From a virus (taxonomy: Duplodnaviria; Caudoviricetes): 64,000 bases of DNA. The DNA lies in IMG/VR virus record IMGVR_UViG_3300018089_000001, positions 64,001-128,000 of that record. One strand, 5' to 3'. Shown in pieces: positions 53,244 through 62,591 of this stretch. The translations under genes were made by a program, and so were the position numbers. Position 1 is the stretch's first letter. Each line of letters begins with the position of its first letter. Under the pieces are notes generated by a model. That model was not told the DNA's origin, made no database searches, and saw only the letters and a list, made by a program, of their open reading frames with translations.

Positions 53244-55975
53244 TCGTCCTCCCAGCCCCTAAGGGGTCGCGGATCGGCCGCCAACGCCGCCCTTTCCGCA
53301 TCGGAGAGCGCCGACAGGAACTTGCGGTCGAACGGGGAGTCCGTCAGGGCGATGCCGCCGTACACCCAATCGGAGAGGTGGCCCGAGGAGTCGAAGGACC
53401 TGACCCGATAGAAATACGAGTTGGCCATGGAGACATCGACGTCCAGGAAGCCTCGGTTGCCGACGAACGCTCGACGATCGATGAACGACGGGTCGGCGGA
53501 GATCCCGAGGGCGCGGCTCGATTCACGGGTGACGCGAGCGACACCCACGTACTCAAGGGAACGAGCGACCGCCGAGTCCATCGACGGCACCTTAGACCCG
53601 AACACGCGGTTTGTCACGGCGCGCTGGACCTCCCAGCCGTCAACGAAGATTCCCTGGTAGTCCCAGGAGACGACCACCCTCAGCGGCCGAACGGCCGTGG
53701 AGCTCGCCCTTACGAAGAGGACGGACGGGGGGGAGATTCCAGGCACGATGCTGACCCTAACGGGCGGCGTGTGGGGACTGACGAACGCCCCGCTCTGCAT
53801 GGCGATCACCCTGTACTCATACTCGAGGTTAGGAGTCGCGAGCGAAGGACGGAAGAGCGGAACCTCGACGGTCCCCACGGGGTCCACGAAGTACGAGGAA
53901 GTCGTGGCGGGCATGCTCTGCCAAACGGACTTCCCGACCTGCCTCCGCTCGACCTGGAATAGGCTGCGTTGCGCGGTGGCGGCTAGCACGTCCTGGTCGT
54001 CAATGAGCTCGCTCGGAGAGAAATCAAGCGTTCCGGGCTTCCATGAGAGCAGCACGCCGGTCGGTGAGCCGAGGTCGTCCGTGACGACGGTCCCGGTGAG
54101 CGCCACGGGGGCATCGGAGACGGGCTTGACGGACACGAAAACGGGCTGCGCCGGGACCGTGGCAGTCTCATTGCCGCGGATGTCGATCCCGACGACCGAG
54201 TACTGGTACGTGCGGTCGAACTCCACGACCCTATCGACGAAGCTCCCGACTCCGGAAATCGCGGAGACGATGCCGTTCCAAGCCTTGGATGAGAACTGGT
54301 TCAGTGACGGACCGGAACGAGAGCGCGCTCGCTTCGGGTCAACGGACCCGACCCTGAAATAGTCCGGAAACGTAGGCTGCCTGAAACCGTTCTCTCCGAT
54401 GCCGAGGTCCCTTCTCCCGATGACGAAGGAGGTCACCCTCCGGTCGTCGCAGGCCACGATGACGTTCACGGAGTGTCCCCCCGGCATCTGCTCGGCCGTG
54501 ATGGACGGGACCCCTAGCGGGATGACCCTCCCGGGGTCAGGCAGGAGGACGGAACAAGAGAACGGAGTCTGGGACTTCAGGCCGAAGGAGTCGACGGTGT
54601 AGACGCGGTAGTCCAGCGAGACCCCGAGCGGGGCCCCCCGATCGACGAATATCGCGGACCGGTCGGGACCAGCGCCGACGTCGCCGATGTGATAGAACCC
54701 CGAGTCGAGAACGGTCGGGATGCCGCGATCAATCATGGACCTATCGGTGGAGACCAGTCCGACCTGGCGCGGTGGGTCTCCACCGCGTCGAAAGAGCTCG
54801 AAGTGGTCGACGAACGACCCCGAGGTCCTGATCACGAAGCGTGGGACCGACGAGACCCCGTACAGGACATCGGGTGAGAGCGGCGGCGTCGAGCGCGTCA
54901 CCTCCACGATCACCAGCCTGGACCTCGTCCCGGAGACTCCGGAGGAGACTACCGCCACGACGTAATACACGTACCCACCGCCGTACACCACCGAGGGGTC
55001 GTGGAACTCGAACTCCGCGACGTCGCCGACCTTTCGTGCGGGGACCGCGGACACCCGAGCAACCTCAGAGAACCCCATCGAGTTTCCGGACGCCACGATG
55101 GCCGTGCTGGACCCCACAGACCTACCGCGCAGCACGTTCAACCCCTGCCTCTGCGCCGCCTGGAGGGGGAGGGAGACCTCCTCCCCGGGGCTCATGCTGC
55201 GGCGGTTCACGTAGAACCCCACGTTCTCGAGGACGCTCCGGTCCGCGTTGGCGACGGAGACAAGCGACGCGGGGCTCCCGCGTCTGTTCGTGTTCACAGG
55301 CGCGGGAAGGGGGCGCAGCGTCGGATTAGAGAGGACGTTACGCTGGTTGGCGAAGTGATCGTCAGCCACGAAGTCTGAGAGCTTGTTCGTGACTCCCACT
55401 CCGGCCACCCTAAGGGCCTGGTTGGAGATCACCTCAGTCGACTTGGTGCGCGACGAGAGTGGAATGGAGTCGGCGAGGGCCGAGAAGGACGGCTTCGGGG
55501 CGCTGACGGGCCCCGTCGATGCCCGCATGACCCGGAAGTAGGAGACCCTCGGAAGGTCACTCAGAAGCACCGAGAAGACCACGCGGGCGAAGAAGCTGTC
55601 GAGGACCCCGCGGGCGCGGTCGACGCCGACCTGGACGAAGTCAAGTTCGGGACGAGGCGGCGGCGGAGGAGCGACGACGACGGAGGTGGTAAGCCCGAAC
55701 TGGGCCGTCGAGACCGCGATGGCCGACCCGACAACGGTGGCCCCACCGAAACGGGTGATGAAGTCCGCCTTCGACCCCGAGGACACCGTCTGGAGAGGAG
55801 CGAGGCCCGAGATGAAGGCGCTCCTGACGGCGGTAACCTCCTGGGCGCCCTTGGCGGCCAGGTCAGCCACCGCGCTTCGCAGCGCGGTCAGCGACGCCGG
55901 CGCCTGGACGGACGCCGGAAGCGTGGTCGGAGAGAGGACGGCCGGTGACAGGGCGGCCGCAGAGAACACCGGCAT
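53240..55975 (-). CDS. Virion protein with multiple FN3-like repeats
   Basis: Five FxD....YxYxV repeats, e.g. FVDRVVEFDRTYQYSV and FLDVDVSMANSYFYRV. Confidence 0.7.
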   Translation of the reverse strand: MPVFSAAALSPAVLSPTTLPASVQAPASLTALRSAVADLAAKGAQEVTAVRSAFISGLAPLQTVSSGSKADFITRFGGATVVGSAIAVSTAQFGLTTSVVVAPPPPPRPELDFVQVGVDRARGVLDSFFARVVFSVLLSDLPRVSYFRVMRASTGPVSAPKPSFSALADSIPLSSRTKSTEVISNQALRVAGVGVTNKLSDFVADDHFANQRNVLSNPTLRPLPAPVNTNRRGSPASLVSVANADRSVLENVGFYVNRRSMSPGEEVSLPLQAAQRQGLNVLRGRSVGSSTAIVASGNSMGFSEVARVSAVPARKVGDVAEFEFHDPSVVYGGGYVYYVVAVVSSGVSGTRSRLVIVEVTRSTPPLSPDVLYGVSSVPRFVIRTSGSFVDHFELFRRGGDPPRQVGLVSTDRSMIDRGIPTVLDSGFYHIGDVGAGPDRSAIFVDRGAPLGVSLDYRVYTVDSFGLKSQTPFSCSVLLPDPGRVIPLGVPSITAEQMPGGHSVNVIVACDDRRVTSFVIGRRDLGIGENGFRQPTFPDYFRVGSVDPKRARSRSGPSLNQFSSKAWNGIVSAISGVGSFVDRVVEFDRTYQYSVVGIDIRGNETATVPAQPVFVSVKPVSDAPVALTGTVVTDDLGSPTGVLLSWKPGTLDFSPSELIDDQDVLAATAQRSLFQVERRQVGKSVWQSMPATTSSYFVDPVGTVEVPLFRPSLATPNLEYEYRVIAMQSGAFVSPHTPPVRVSIVPGISPPSVLFVRASSTAVRPLRVVVSWDYQGIFVDGWEVQRAVTNRVFGSKVPSMDSAVARSLEYVGVARVTRESSRALGISADPSFIDRRAFVGNRGFLDVDVSMANSYFYRVRSFDSSGHLSDWVYGGIALTDSPFDRKFLSALSDAERAALAADPRPLRGWEDE

Positions 55976-56610
55976 CAGCGCTTCCTCGGGTTCGACCTGT
56001 TCGCCACCCTCATGCTGTCTGGCCCGGTGACACGTGGCTGGTCGTGCAGCAGCTCGTCGTCAACCGCGACTGCGACGAACGGGTCAGCCGCCCGCCGCGT
56101 GTTGAGGTCACGTCGAAACTCCAGCGGCTGCAACCCATTGGATCCGCTTGAGAAGACGCGCACGACGAAGCCCGGGTTCCCCCGTTCGACGTCTCCGGTG
56201 ACCCTGGGATCGATGGCGACGTAACCAGTCCCGGTCCGCCGATACACCCCGTTGGAGTCGACTCGCTGGTCGGCCATGAGGACAGCGGAGTCCCCGTCGG
56301 TCGGGGAGAGCATCTGGGGCAGCTCAACGTATCCGGGCGCGGCGGTGAAGATGTGATCGAGGGGCTCGAGCGGCGCGGTGGCGCCCCGGACGTCACGGAC
56401 GAACGGGGCCTCCATGATCGGGGTGGCCTCGATCTGGGTCTCCCTGTCCTCGTCGGAAAAGGAGCCGCTCGGCGCCGCCGGGTCGTAGTCCAAGCAGTCG
56501 TCGAACAGGCCGAAGAAGGCGAAGTCCAAGCGGCCAACGGCGAAGAGTTTGCGGCCGCGCTCCGTCAGGACCACGTCGATGACCCTACTCTGTTTGTCCA
56601 AGTAGCCCAC
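55975..56610 (-). CDS. Baseplate/virion protein, paralogue of 48688-49401
   Basis: MGYLD..IDVVLTERGRKLFA..FFGLFDDCLDY..TPIME. Confidence 0.7.
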   Translation of the reverse strand: MGYLDKQSRVIDVVLTERGRKLFAVGRLDFAFFGLFDDCLDYDPAAPSGSFSDEDRETQIEATPIMEAPFVRDVRGATAPLEPLDHIFTAAPGYVELPQMLSPTDGDSAVLMADQRVDSNGVYRRTGTGYVAIDPRVTGDVERGNPGFVVRVFSSGSNGLQPLEFRRDLNTRRAADPFVAVAVDDELLHDQPRVTGPDSMRVANRSNPRKR

Positions 56611-56619
56611 GGGGATGGG

Positions 56620-59600
56620 TTAGGTAGACGAGGCGGACACAAACCGTTCGGCCAGTTGCCGCAGGTTCAGGGCGGGGTTCTGGTCAGACGCGATGTCTTG
56701 GAGCCGCTGCGGCAGGTCCAGCGTCCGCCGCGGCTGGAGGAAGTCCGAGGGTGAGAGGGACGCCACCGGCTCAGGAACCAACGGCACGAGGGTGGCCGAC
56801 GACTCCGGGATGGCGGGCATGCCACCCTGTCCGCTAAGCAACCAGCTCGGGGTTGATCCGACGATGTTCGCGAGGGCCCCAGAGAGCCTGTAGACGAGGG
56901 CGGTGTCCGCGGGGACGGTCCCGGTGTGGAGGCCCAACCCGAACGAGCGACCGACCTCCCCGGCCTGATCCGTCACGACATACGCGTCGGTCAGCCAGAA
57001 GTCCCACCCGGCCACGGCGGCGGATAGGAGCGGAGGAAACAGCGCCGCGTCGCTCCCCGAGATGGTGCTCACCAGTCGCGGCACGCCGGATTTCCGCGGT
57101 TGCCTCCTCCTGACATACCTCCCGGGCCTCGTGTGGTTCGGGGTCTCGAAAGTCAGCTCGAGCCTGACCTGACGGAAATACCAATTGGGAACCGGATTGT
57201 CGATGAACGACCCGCCAGCGACCAGCATGAGCTCCCAGGAGCCGCTGATCTCGACCCCGCGCAGCCCGGGACGAAAACCGGCCCAGAGGTCGGGTCGGTA
57301 GCTGTCGGGGACCGTCGAGTTCGACGTCCCGCTCGCGGGAGCGGCCTCGTTACCGACACGCTTCTTACAGATGACCGAGTCGAGCAGCGGGTAGATCGGC
57401 CGCAGTGAGTTGGTCCCGTAATTGACCCCGGTGGTAGGCCACTCGTTCACGTCGTTGGTTCCGCCGGCGCCGTTCAGCCAGCCCTTCGGCGGGGAGCCGG
57501 CCGAGGCGAACGTCTGGGAGCCCCTGATCCCTGACTCGGAGGTCCAGGGGACGTCTGATCCGAATGCGCTGTTCCTGGGGGTCGAGACTCCGGCATTAGG
57601 AGAGCCGGCGAAGTTCCCGCTGGGGGATCCGAAGAGATGCCGCGGGTTCGGAGTGGAGGCGCCGTCGCTGAACACGGTCCGCATCCCACGGTCCTTCTGC
57701 CAGACGGCGTAGTTCCGCATGAACTGGCCGCCGTCCAGGCCTCCACCCGAGGCGGGGTCGTTCCCATCGGTCGTGCTATCGAAGATCGCGGGCCCCTCCC
57801 AGAGCAGGAAGCTATCGCGATAGAACCGGTTCACGTTCGACCCGGTCCCCGCGTACATGCGACGGAACCCCTCGTGGATCCCGGCGAGGAAGGAGAACGT
57901 GTCGCCGGGCGAAGTGTACACGCGGACCAAACGGGGGTCGTTCCGGATGGGATGGGCATTCCCCCAGGTCAGGTTCGGACACCTGATGGCCACGCCGAGG
58001 TTTCCGAGCGGGTACGGGTCACCGGAGGACGACCCCTGGATCAGCTCCACCCAGACCTTGACGTCCACGAGCCTCCCCGACGCGCTCACTGGGATGAGGA
58101 TCGAGGCCGGCGCCCAGGCGGATGACTGCTTGGACGACCCCTCTCCGGGGACCAGGGCGTCCTCGGCGACTCCGGTGACGGTGCTGAACAGGGAGCCGCT
58201 GGCGGCGACGAACGACTGCGGGACCCAGGAACCGGACCTGATGACGGTGTCAGAGGCGGAGGCGGACTTCCGGACCATGATGGTCTGCAGCCTCGCCTCC
58301 TTGCTGAAGTGCAGCGTCGCCGAGGCGGGGACCGGGGAAGACTCCAGCGGAGCAGTTCCGCTGGTGAATGTGTTGAAATACCTGTTCTCGACGTCACTCG
58401 ACGAGAGAGACACCGCGACGTATGCCTGATTGAAACCGATCGACGCATGGGTCCAGGAAGGACTCTCGAACGTCCCCGTCAACCCCGCATCGATCACGGT
58501 GACCGAGGGGAATGGAATCCTCTCGATGTTGCTCACCGGTTGGGCCAGCAGCGTCGCGGCGAGCTTGCTCTTCTCGTATCCCCTGCCAAGGGTCACCGAT
58601 CCCTGAATCAGCAGGGATGACGATCCGATGACCGGCGAGTACGGCTCGTATGAGACGTTTGGACTGATTAGCGACGACATCACGCTGCCGCTGACCCTGA
58701 GGGAGTCGATGTCTGGGGCGTGCTGGACCTGGGCCCTCACAGAGCTGTTGAACTGCGGTGAGCCCGTGACGACCCCTCCCAACTGACGGGCGAAGTTCTC
58801 AAGCGCCTGCGTCATGTTCACGAGCACGCCGGAGGCAACGGCGGAGCCCGTGCTCATGTAAAGCGCCGCCATATCGAACGTTTCGTTGGCTCCGACCCAC
58901 CCGGTCTGCCCGTAATAGAAGTTCGCTGACGCGGTGATGAAGCCCCCGGGGACCGGGGAAGTGTTGGCGATCAGGGTCACACCCGTGTCAAGGGACCTTA
59001 TTCCGAAGCTTGCGACCCTTTGTGAGTAATCGATCCCACCCAGGGCGACGTGCCACTCACCCACCCTGAATCCCGCCGTACCGCCAGGCACGTCGCACTC
59101 GAGGAAACCGAAAGTTCCGGACCCGATGAACTGGTACGTCGTGCCGTCCCGTCCCGCAACGACCCAACCCTGCCTGAAACCCCCGTCGATCTTCCCGAAG
59201 ACGTTACCGAACGACCCGGTGAACGACCGCCACCGCCCCACATACCCGAAGAGCAGGTCGGAACCAGTCAGGATGTTGAAGTTAGCCCCACCATCGAAAC
59301 GAGATCCCCGGGAGCTTCCAGTGAACGTGACCGCGAGGTCGCTGCCGCTCAGCCACCCAAGGGTTCCGTAGACCGCGTTCCCACCGGTGCTTGTATCGAA
59401 CTGGAGGGCCAGCGGGGTTGACGGAGTGAACGAGGCCGTGAGGGACCCGGTGGTCTCATCCATGAGCCATCCGTAGTCCCAGCGTCCGAACCCGATGGCC
59501 GCAGCCATCTGGACGGATGAGCTCGGGTACACTCCCGCGGGGATGTTCGGCGTGACCATCACCGACCCCGGTCGGGTCCGGGTAACCGAGGGACCGGGAA

Positions 59601-59685
59601 CGAATCCCGCGGCCGGTGAGACGCCACGGCGGCCGTTCGTGAACCGCATCCCGCGACGGGGCCTGTAAACCTTGGTCTTCTTCAC
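56620..59685 (-). CDS. Fibre/receptor-binding-like protein (lectin-like module + split P-domain)
   Basis: Shares a ~250-aa module with 44219-46843; proprotein-convertase P-domain-like strands in the C-terminal half. Confidence 0.6.
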   Translation of the reverse strand: MKKTKVYRPRRGMRFTNGRRGVSPAAGFVPGPSVTRTRPGSVMVTPNIPAGVYPSSSVQMAAAIGFGRWDYGWLMDETTGSLTASFTPSTPLALQFDTSTGGNAVYGTLGWLSGSDLAVTFTGSSRGSRFDGGANFNILTGSDLLFGYVGRWRSFTGSFGNVFGKIDGGFRQGWVVAGRDGTTYQFIGSGTFGFLECDVPGGTAGFRVGEWHVALGGIDYSQRVASFGIRSLDTGVTLIANTSPVPGGFITASANFYYGQTGWVGANETFDMAALYMSTGSAVASGVLVNMTQALENFARQLGGVVTGSPQFNSSVRAQVQHAPDIDSLRVSGSVMSSLISPNVSYEPYSPVIGSSSLLIQGSVTLGRGYEKSKLAATLLAQPVSNIERIPFPSVTVIDAGLTGTFESPSWTHASIGFNQAYVAVSLSSSDVENRYFNTFTSGTAPLESSPVPASATLHFSKEARLQTIMVRKSASASDTVIRSGSWVPQSFVAASGSLFSTVTGVAEDALVPGEGSSKQSSAWAPASILIPVSASGRLVDVKVWVELIQGSSSGDPYPLGNLGVAIRCPNLTWGNAHPIRNDPRLVRVYTSPGDTFSFLAGIHEGFRRMYAGTGSNVNRFYRDSFLLWEGPAIFDSTTDGNDPASGGGLDGGQFMRNYAVWQKDRGMRTVFSDGASTPNPRHLFGSPSGNFAGSPNAGVSTPRNSAFGSDVPWTSESGIRGSQTFASAGSPPKGWLNGAGGTNDVNEWPTTGVNYGTNSLRPIYPLLDSVICKKRVGNEAAPASGTSNSTVPDSYRPDLWAGFRPGLRGVEISGSWELMLVAGGSFIDNPVPNWYFRQVRLELTFETPNHTRPGRYVRRRQPRKSGVPRLVSTISGSDAALFPPLLSAAVAGWDFWLTDAYVVTDQAGEVGRSFGLGLHTGTVPADTALVYRLSGALANIVGSTPSWLLSGQGGMPAIPESSATLVPLVPEPVASLSPSDFLQPRRTLDLPQRLQDIASDQNPALNLRQLAERFVSASST

Positions 59686-62591
59686 TCGTCATCCCCGCGG
59701 TCAACGATCGTAATCGAGCCGCTCACCTCGATGCGACCCTCGACGATCGGCCTGAGTTGGTACTGGTATTTCGGCCGCTCAAGCATGTGGCTCTCGACGA
59801 TCAGCTCGTCACCCTTGAACTGGGCCCGCGCGGGCAACAGGCGCTCGACGAGCGTGGCGAAGCTGGAATCAAAGAAGTCCAGCATGTCGACGAACACCCT
59901 GAAGTTCAGGCGACCCTGGAGCCTCTTGAAGTAGGTCTCCCTCATCTGCCTGATTCCCTCGTAGTCCTCGCGGTACTTGTTCACAGGCAGTCCGATCACC
60001 CGGGTGAGCTCATCGTACGAGGTCATGATGTGGGAGATGTCCTCGTTCAGGGCGTCGTACATGTTGAGCTCAAGGGAGACGAATCGCTCGTCTCGATACG
60101 CGTCGAACGGGTCGATGCGGGAACCGCTAAACACCCGGACCTTCTCCTGGTTCCAGCCGTAGTCGATCCCGGGGATGTACGCGTAGTCCTCGAGGAACTT
60201 GGTGAAGTTCACCTGGCTCGGACGGAAGCCACCGGCGGTCCCCGTCACAGAGTTCAGGGTGGAGTCCATCAGCGAGAACGACCCGTTCGCGTCGGCCGTG
60301 GAGGCGTCCGCCATCCGCCAGTGAACAATCAAGTCGGAGTTTCCGATCGAGACGTCGCGTCCATAGCTCTCGAAGTGGGCCGCGTGCGCGAACAGCTCAG
60401 ACGCTGACAGGTCGGTGTCCCAGAGGCGTAGCTCCTGGGCCCAGAACTGACCGCTAGATGGGACCAGTACCGAGCTACCGACCTCCATGAGTCTGTATCC
60501 GCTCGCGGCGTCGGATGCCGTCAGCAGGCTGGACGTCGAATAGGCGAGGTCGCCGGCGTCGTAGCGGATCGCCCGGAGCGAGTTCAGGCCCGTTTGGGTG
60601 TTCCGAGTGAATGAGATGTTGTAGAAGTTGTCGTCGAACAGCGAGGCCGAGGTCAACTGGACCCTCCCGAAGGAGGAGGTGACGTAGACGTTCCCTGTCT
60701 CACTGGAGGCCCCGGCCTTCTCGTACCAGGCGGCCACATACGTCGTGCCGCTCGAGAGAGTCCAGAGGGCTCCGGAGAGTTCGGTCGGGACGAGCGTCGC
60801 ATCCGTCGAGAGAGGGAACCTCACCCGCAGTTCGACGGAGAAGCTCGACCCGCTTGGGATCAGCGCGCTCGTTGCCTGAACGGTCGATCCGCTCAGGAAC
60901 GTCAGCGCGTAGACGCTCTTCTCGGCGGTGACCCTAGTGAGGGGTAGCGTCGACTCGTCCTTCCGCGCATACTCCTTCAGGCGGATGAAACCGTTGTCTG
61001 CCCCATACGAACGCAGGAGCGCCCGCACCGACTCCGCGGTGCCCTTAGTCTTGTAAATGTACGGGAGGTTCTGGAGGACGCGGCGCCAGAGCTGGGACTT
61101 CACCTCAGACAGCCTCGTCTCGAGCGAAGCGTTGGCGTCCGGACCGACACGCACGTTCCTCCCGACGAAGTACCGAAGCGCGTCGGTGTTGGCGAAGCTC
61201 CCCTGAAGCTTCCACCCCAGGAAGTCGCCGACCCCCTCGAGGAGCCCGTCGGGCGCCTGATCGAAGTCACCGAAACTAACGCGATGCAGGTTCGGCAACT
61301 GGTTCACGTACAGCTTGATCCTGTCGAAGTGCCTGGCCAGGGTCAGCGCGAAGCTCGAGAACACCGCCTGCGAGGTCGGGTCGGGACCGGAGAAAGCCTC
61401 GGGAAAGAGGGTGAAGATCAGGCTGGGATTGCTGCGGTCGTAAAGCACCCCTGACTGCTGGGCGTCCACGATGTACGAGACGACGTTTGGATCGTCAAGG
61501 CTCAGTATCGGGTCCGCGACGTCATTGACGTACGATCCCGACCCGAGGACGCCGGAGAAGAAGGACTGAATCCTTCCGTCAAGCGAGTGGCCCGACCTGT
61601 CCCTGACGACGCTGGCGTATGTCGACGGGGTCTGCGGACTCGCGTCGTTGAACTGCCACGACGCGAGGAGGTCCGACTGGGCGTAAACCTTCCTGTTGTA
61701 AGTTCCGCTGAGCTGCTGGGAGGTGCGGGCAGCGGACCAGACGCTGACCGAGTCGAGGCTGCCCGTGAATGGCCGGACCACCTTCCCCGAGACGGACCCG
61801 GAGCCCATGTAGAATGACCCGGATGCGAGGTCAAACCTGGACTGTAGAAGCAAGCTGGCGCTCGACACGAGGACCGGAAATGTACCGGTGGTCCCCACGT
61901 AGAGGGAGACGCTGCCTGTCGCTGTCGTATGGTCAATGACGGCGGCGAAGAACGACGGCATCGCCGCGAGCGCCCCCGTGACGGTGACGCTAGTCGACCC
62001 CGAGACCACCTGGAACCCTATCGCCGAACCGGTGGTGAACACGGTGTAACCGTTTGAGGTCCCCTGCCGGAGCTTCTGGAACACCACGAGCACGTCGTTT
62101 GACCCCGTCATGGGGGGCACGTGGACCCATCCTTGTACGGAGAGCGACCCCGTCCCGGGGCTCATGAATGACGTCCGGGAGGAGCCGTCCTGCGTGCCCA
62201 CGTCATCGACCCTGACGTATGACGCGGAGACCGACGGGTCGAACCTAAGGTGACCGGACCAGCTCGGCCACCCGCTGAGAAAGAACCGCTGGAAGCCGTC
62301 GAGTGAGTTCAGGAACTGCTGGGCGTCGTCCGCCGTTCCGCCGACAGGGTACGAGTTCAACACGTCATCCGCCGTGAGGGTCACGTACGACTCCGCGGAG
62401 TTGAACGTGACGAAATTGGCGAAGTCAGAGTAGTCGACGAGCAGGTCGACGCTGTCGCTTCCGGAAGACAGCGTCGAGACGAGGGCGTTCTCGGAGTCGA
62501 CGTCGGAGAACGATGACGCGTGCTGGTCCTGCACCGCGGCCGAGCCGCCGGCCCCGATGGTCCCATCGAATAGCTGGAAGATGTCCGGCAT
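59682..62591 (-). CDS. Baseplate wedge protein with LamG-like domains
   Basis: FTGSLDSVSVW, WRRVLQNLPYIYKTKGTAESVRALL..YG, QELRLW, VESHMLERPK. Confidence 0.75.
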   Translation of the reverse strand: MPDIFQLFDGTIGAGGSAAVQDQHASSFSDVDSENALVSTLSSGSDSVDLLVDYSDFANFVTFNSAESYVTLTADDVLNSYPVGGTADDAQQFLNSLDGFQRFFLSGWPSWSGHLRFDPSVSASYVRVDDVGTQDGSSRTSFMSPGTGSLSVQGWVHVPPMTGSNDVLVVFQKLRQGTSNGYTVFTTGSAIGFQVVSGSTSVTVTGALAAMPSFFAAVIDHTTATGSVSLYVGTTGTFPVLVSSASLLLQSRFDLASGSFYMGSGSVSGKVVRPFTGSLDSVSVWSAARTSQQLSGTYNRKVYAQSDLLASWQFNDASPQTPSTYASVVRDRSGHSLDGRIQSFFSGVLGSGSYVNDVADPILSLDDPNVVSYIVDAQQSGVLYDRSNPSLIFTLFPEAFSGPDPTSQAVFSSFALTLARHFDRIKLYVNQLPNLHRVSFGDFDQAPDGLLEGVGDFLGWKLQGSFANTDALRYFVGRNVRVGPDANASLETRLSEVKSQLWRRVLQNLPYIYKTKGTAESVRALLRSYGADNGFIRLKEYARKDESTLPLTRVTAEKSVYALTFLSGSTVQATSALIPSGSSFSVELRVRFPLSTDATLVPTELSGALWTLSSGTTYVAAWYEKAGASSETGNVYVTSSFGRVQLTSASLFDDNFYNISFTRNTQTGLNSLRAIRYDAGDLAYSTSSLLTASDAASGYRLMEVGSSVLVPSSGQFWAQELRLWDTDLSASELFAHAAHFESYGRDVSIGNSDLIVHWRMADASTADANGSFSLMDSTLNSVTGTAGGFRPSQVNFTKFLEDYAYIPGIDYGWNQEKVRVFSGSRIDPFDAYRDERFVSLELNMYDALNEDISHIMTSYDELTRVIGLPVNKYREDYEGIRQMRETYFKRLQGRLNFRVFVDMLDFFDSSFATLVERLLPARAQFKGDELIVESHMLERPKYQYQLRPIVEGRIEVSGSITIVDRGDDE

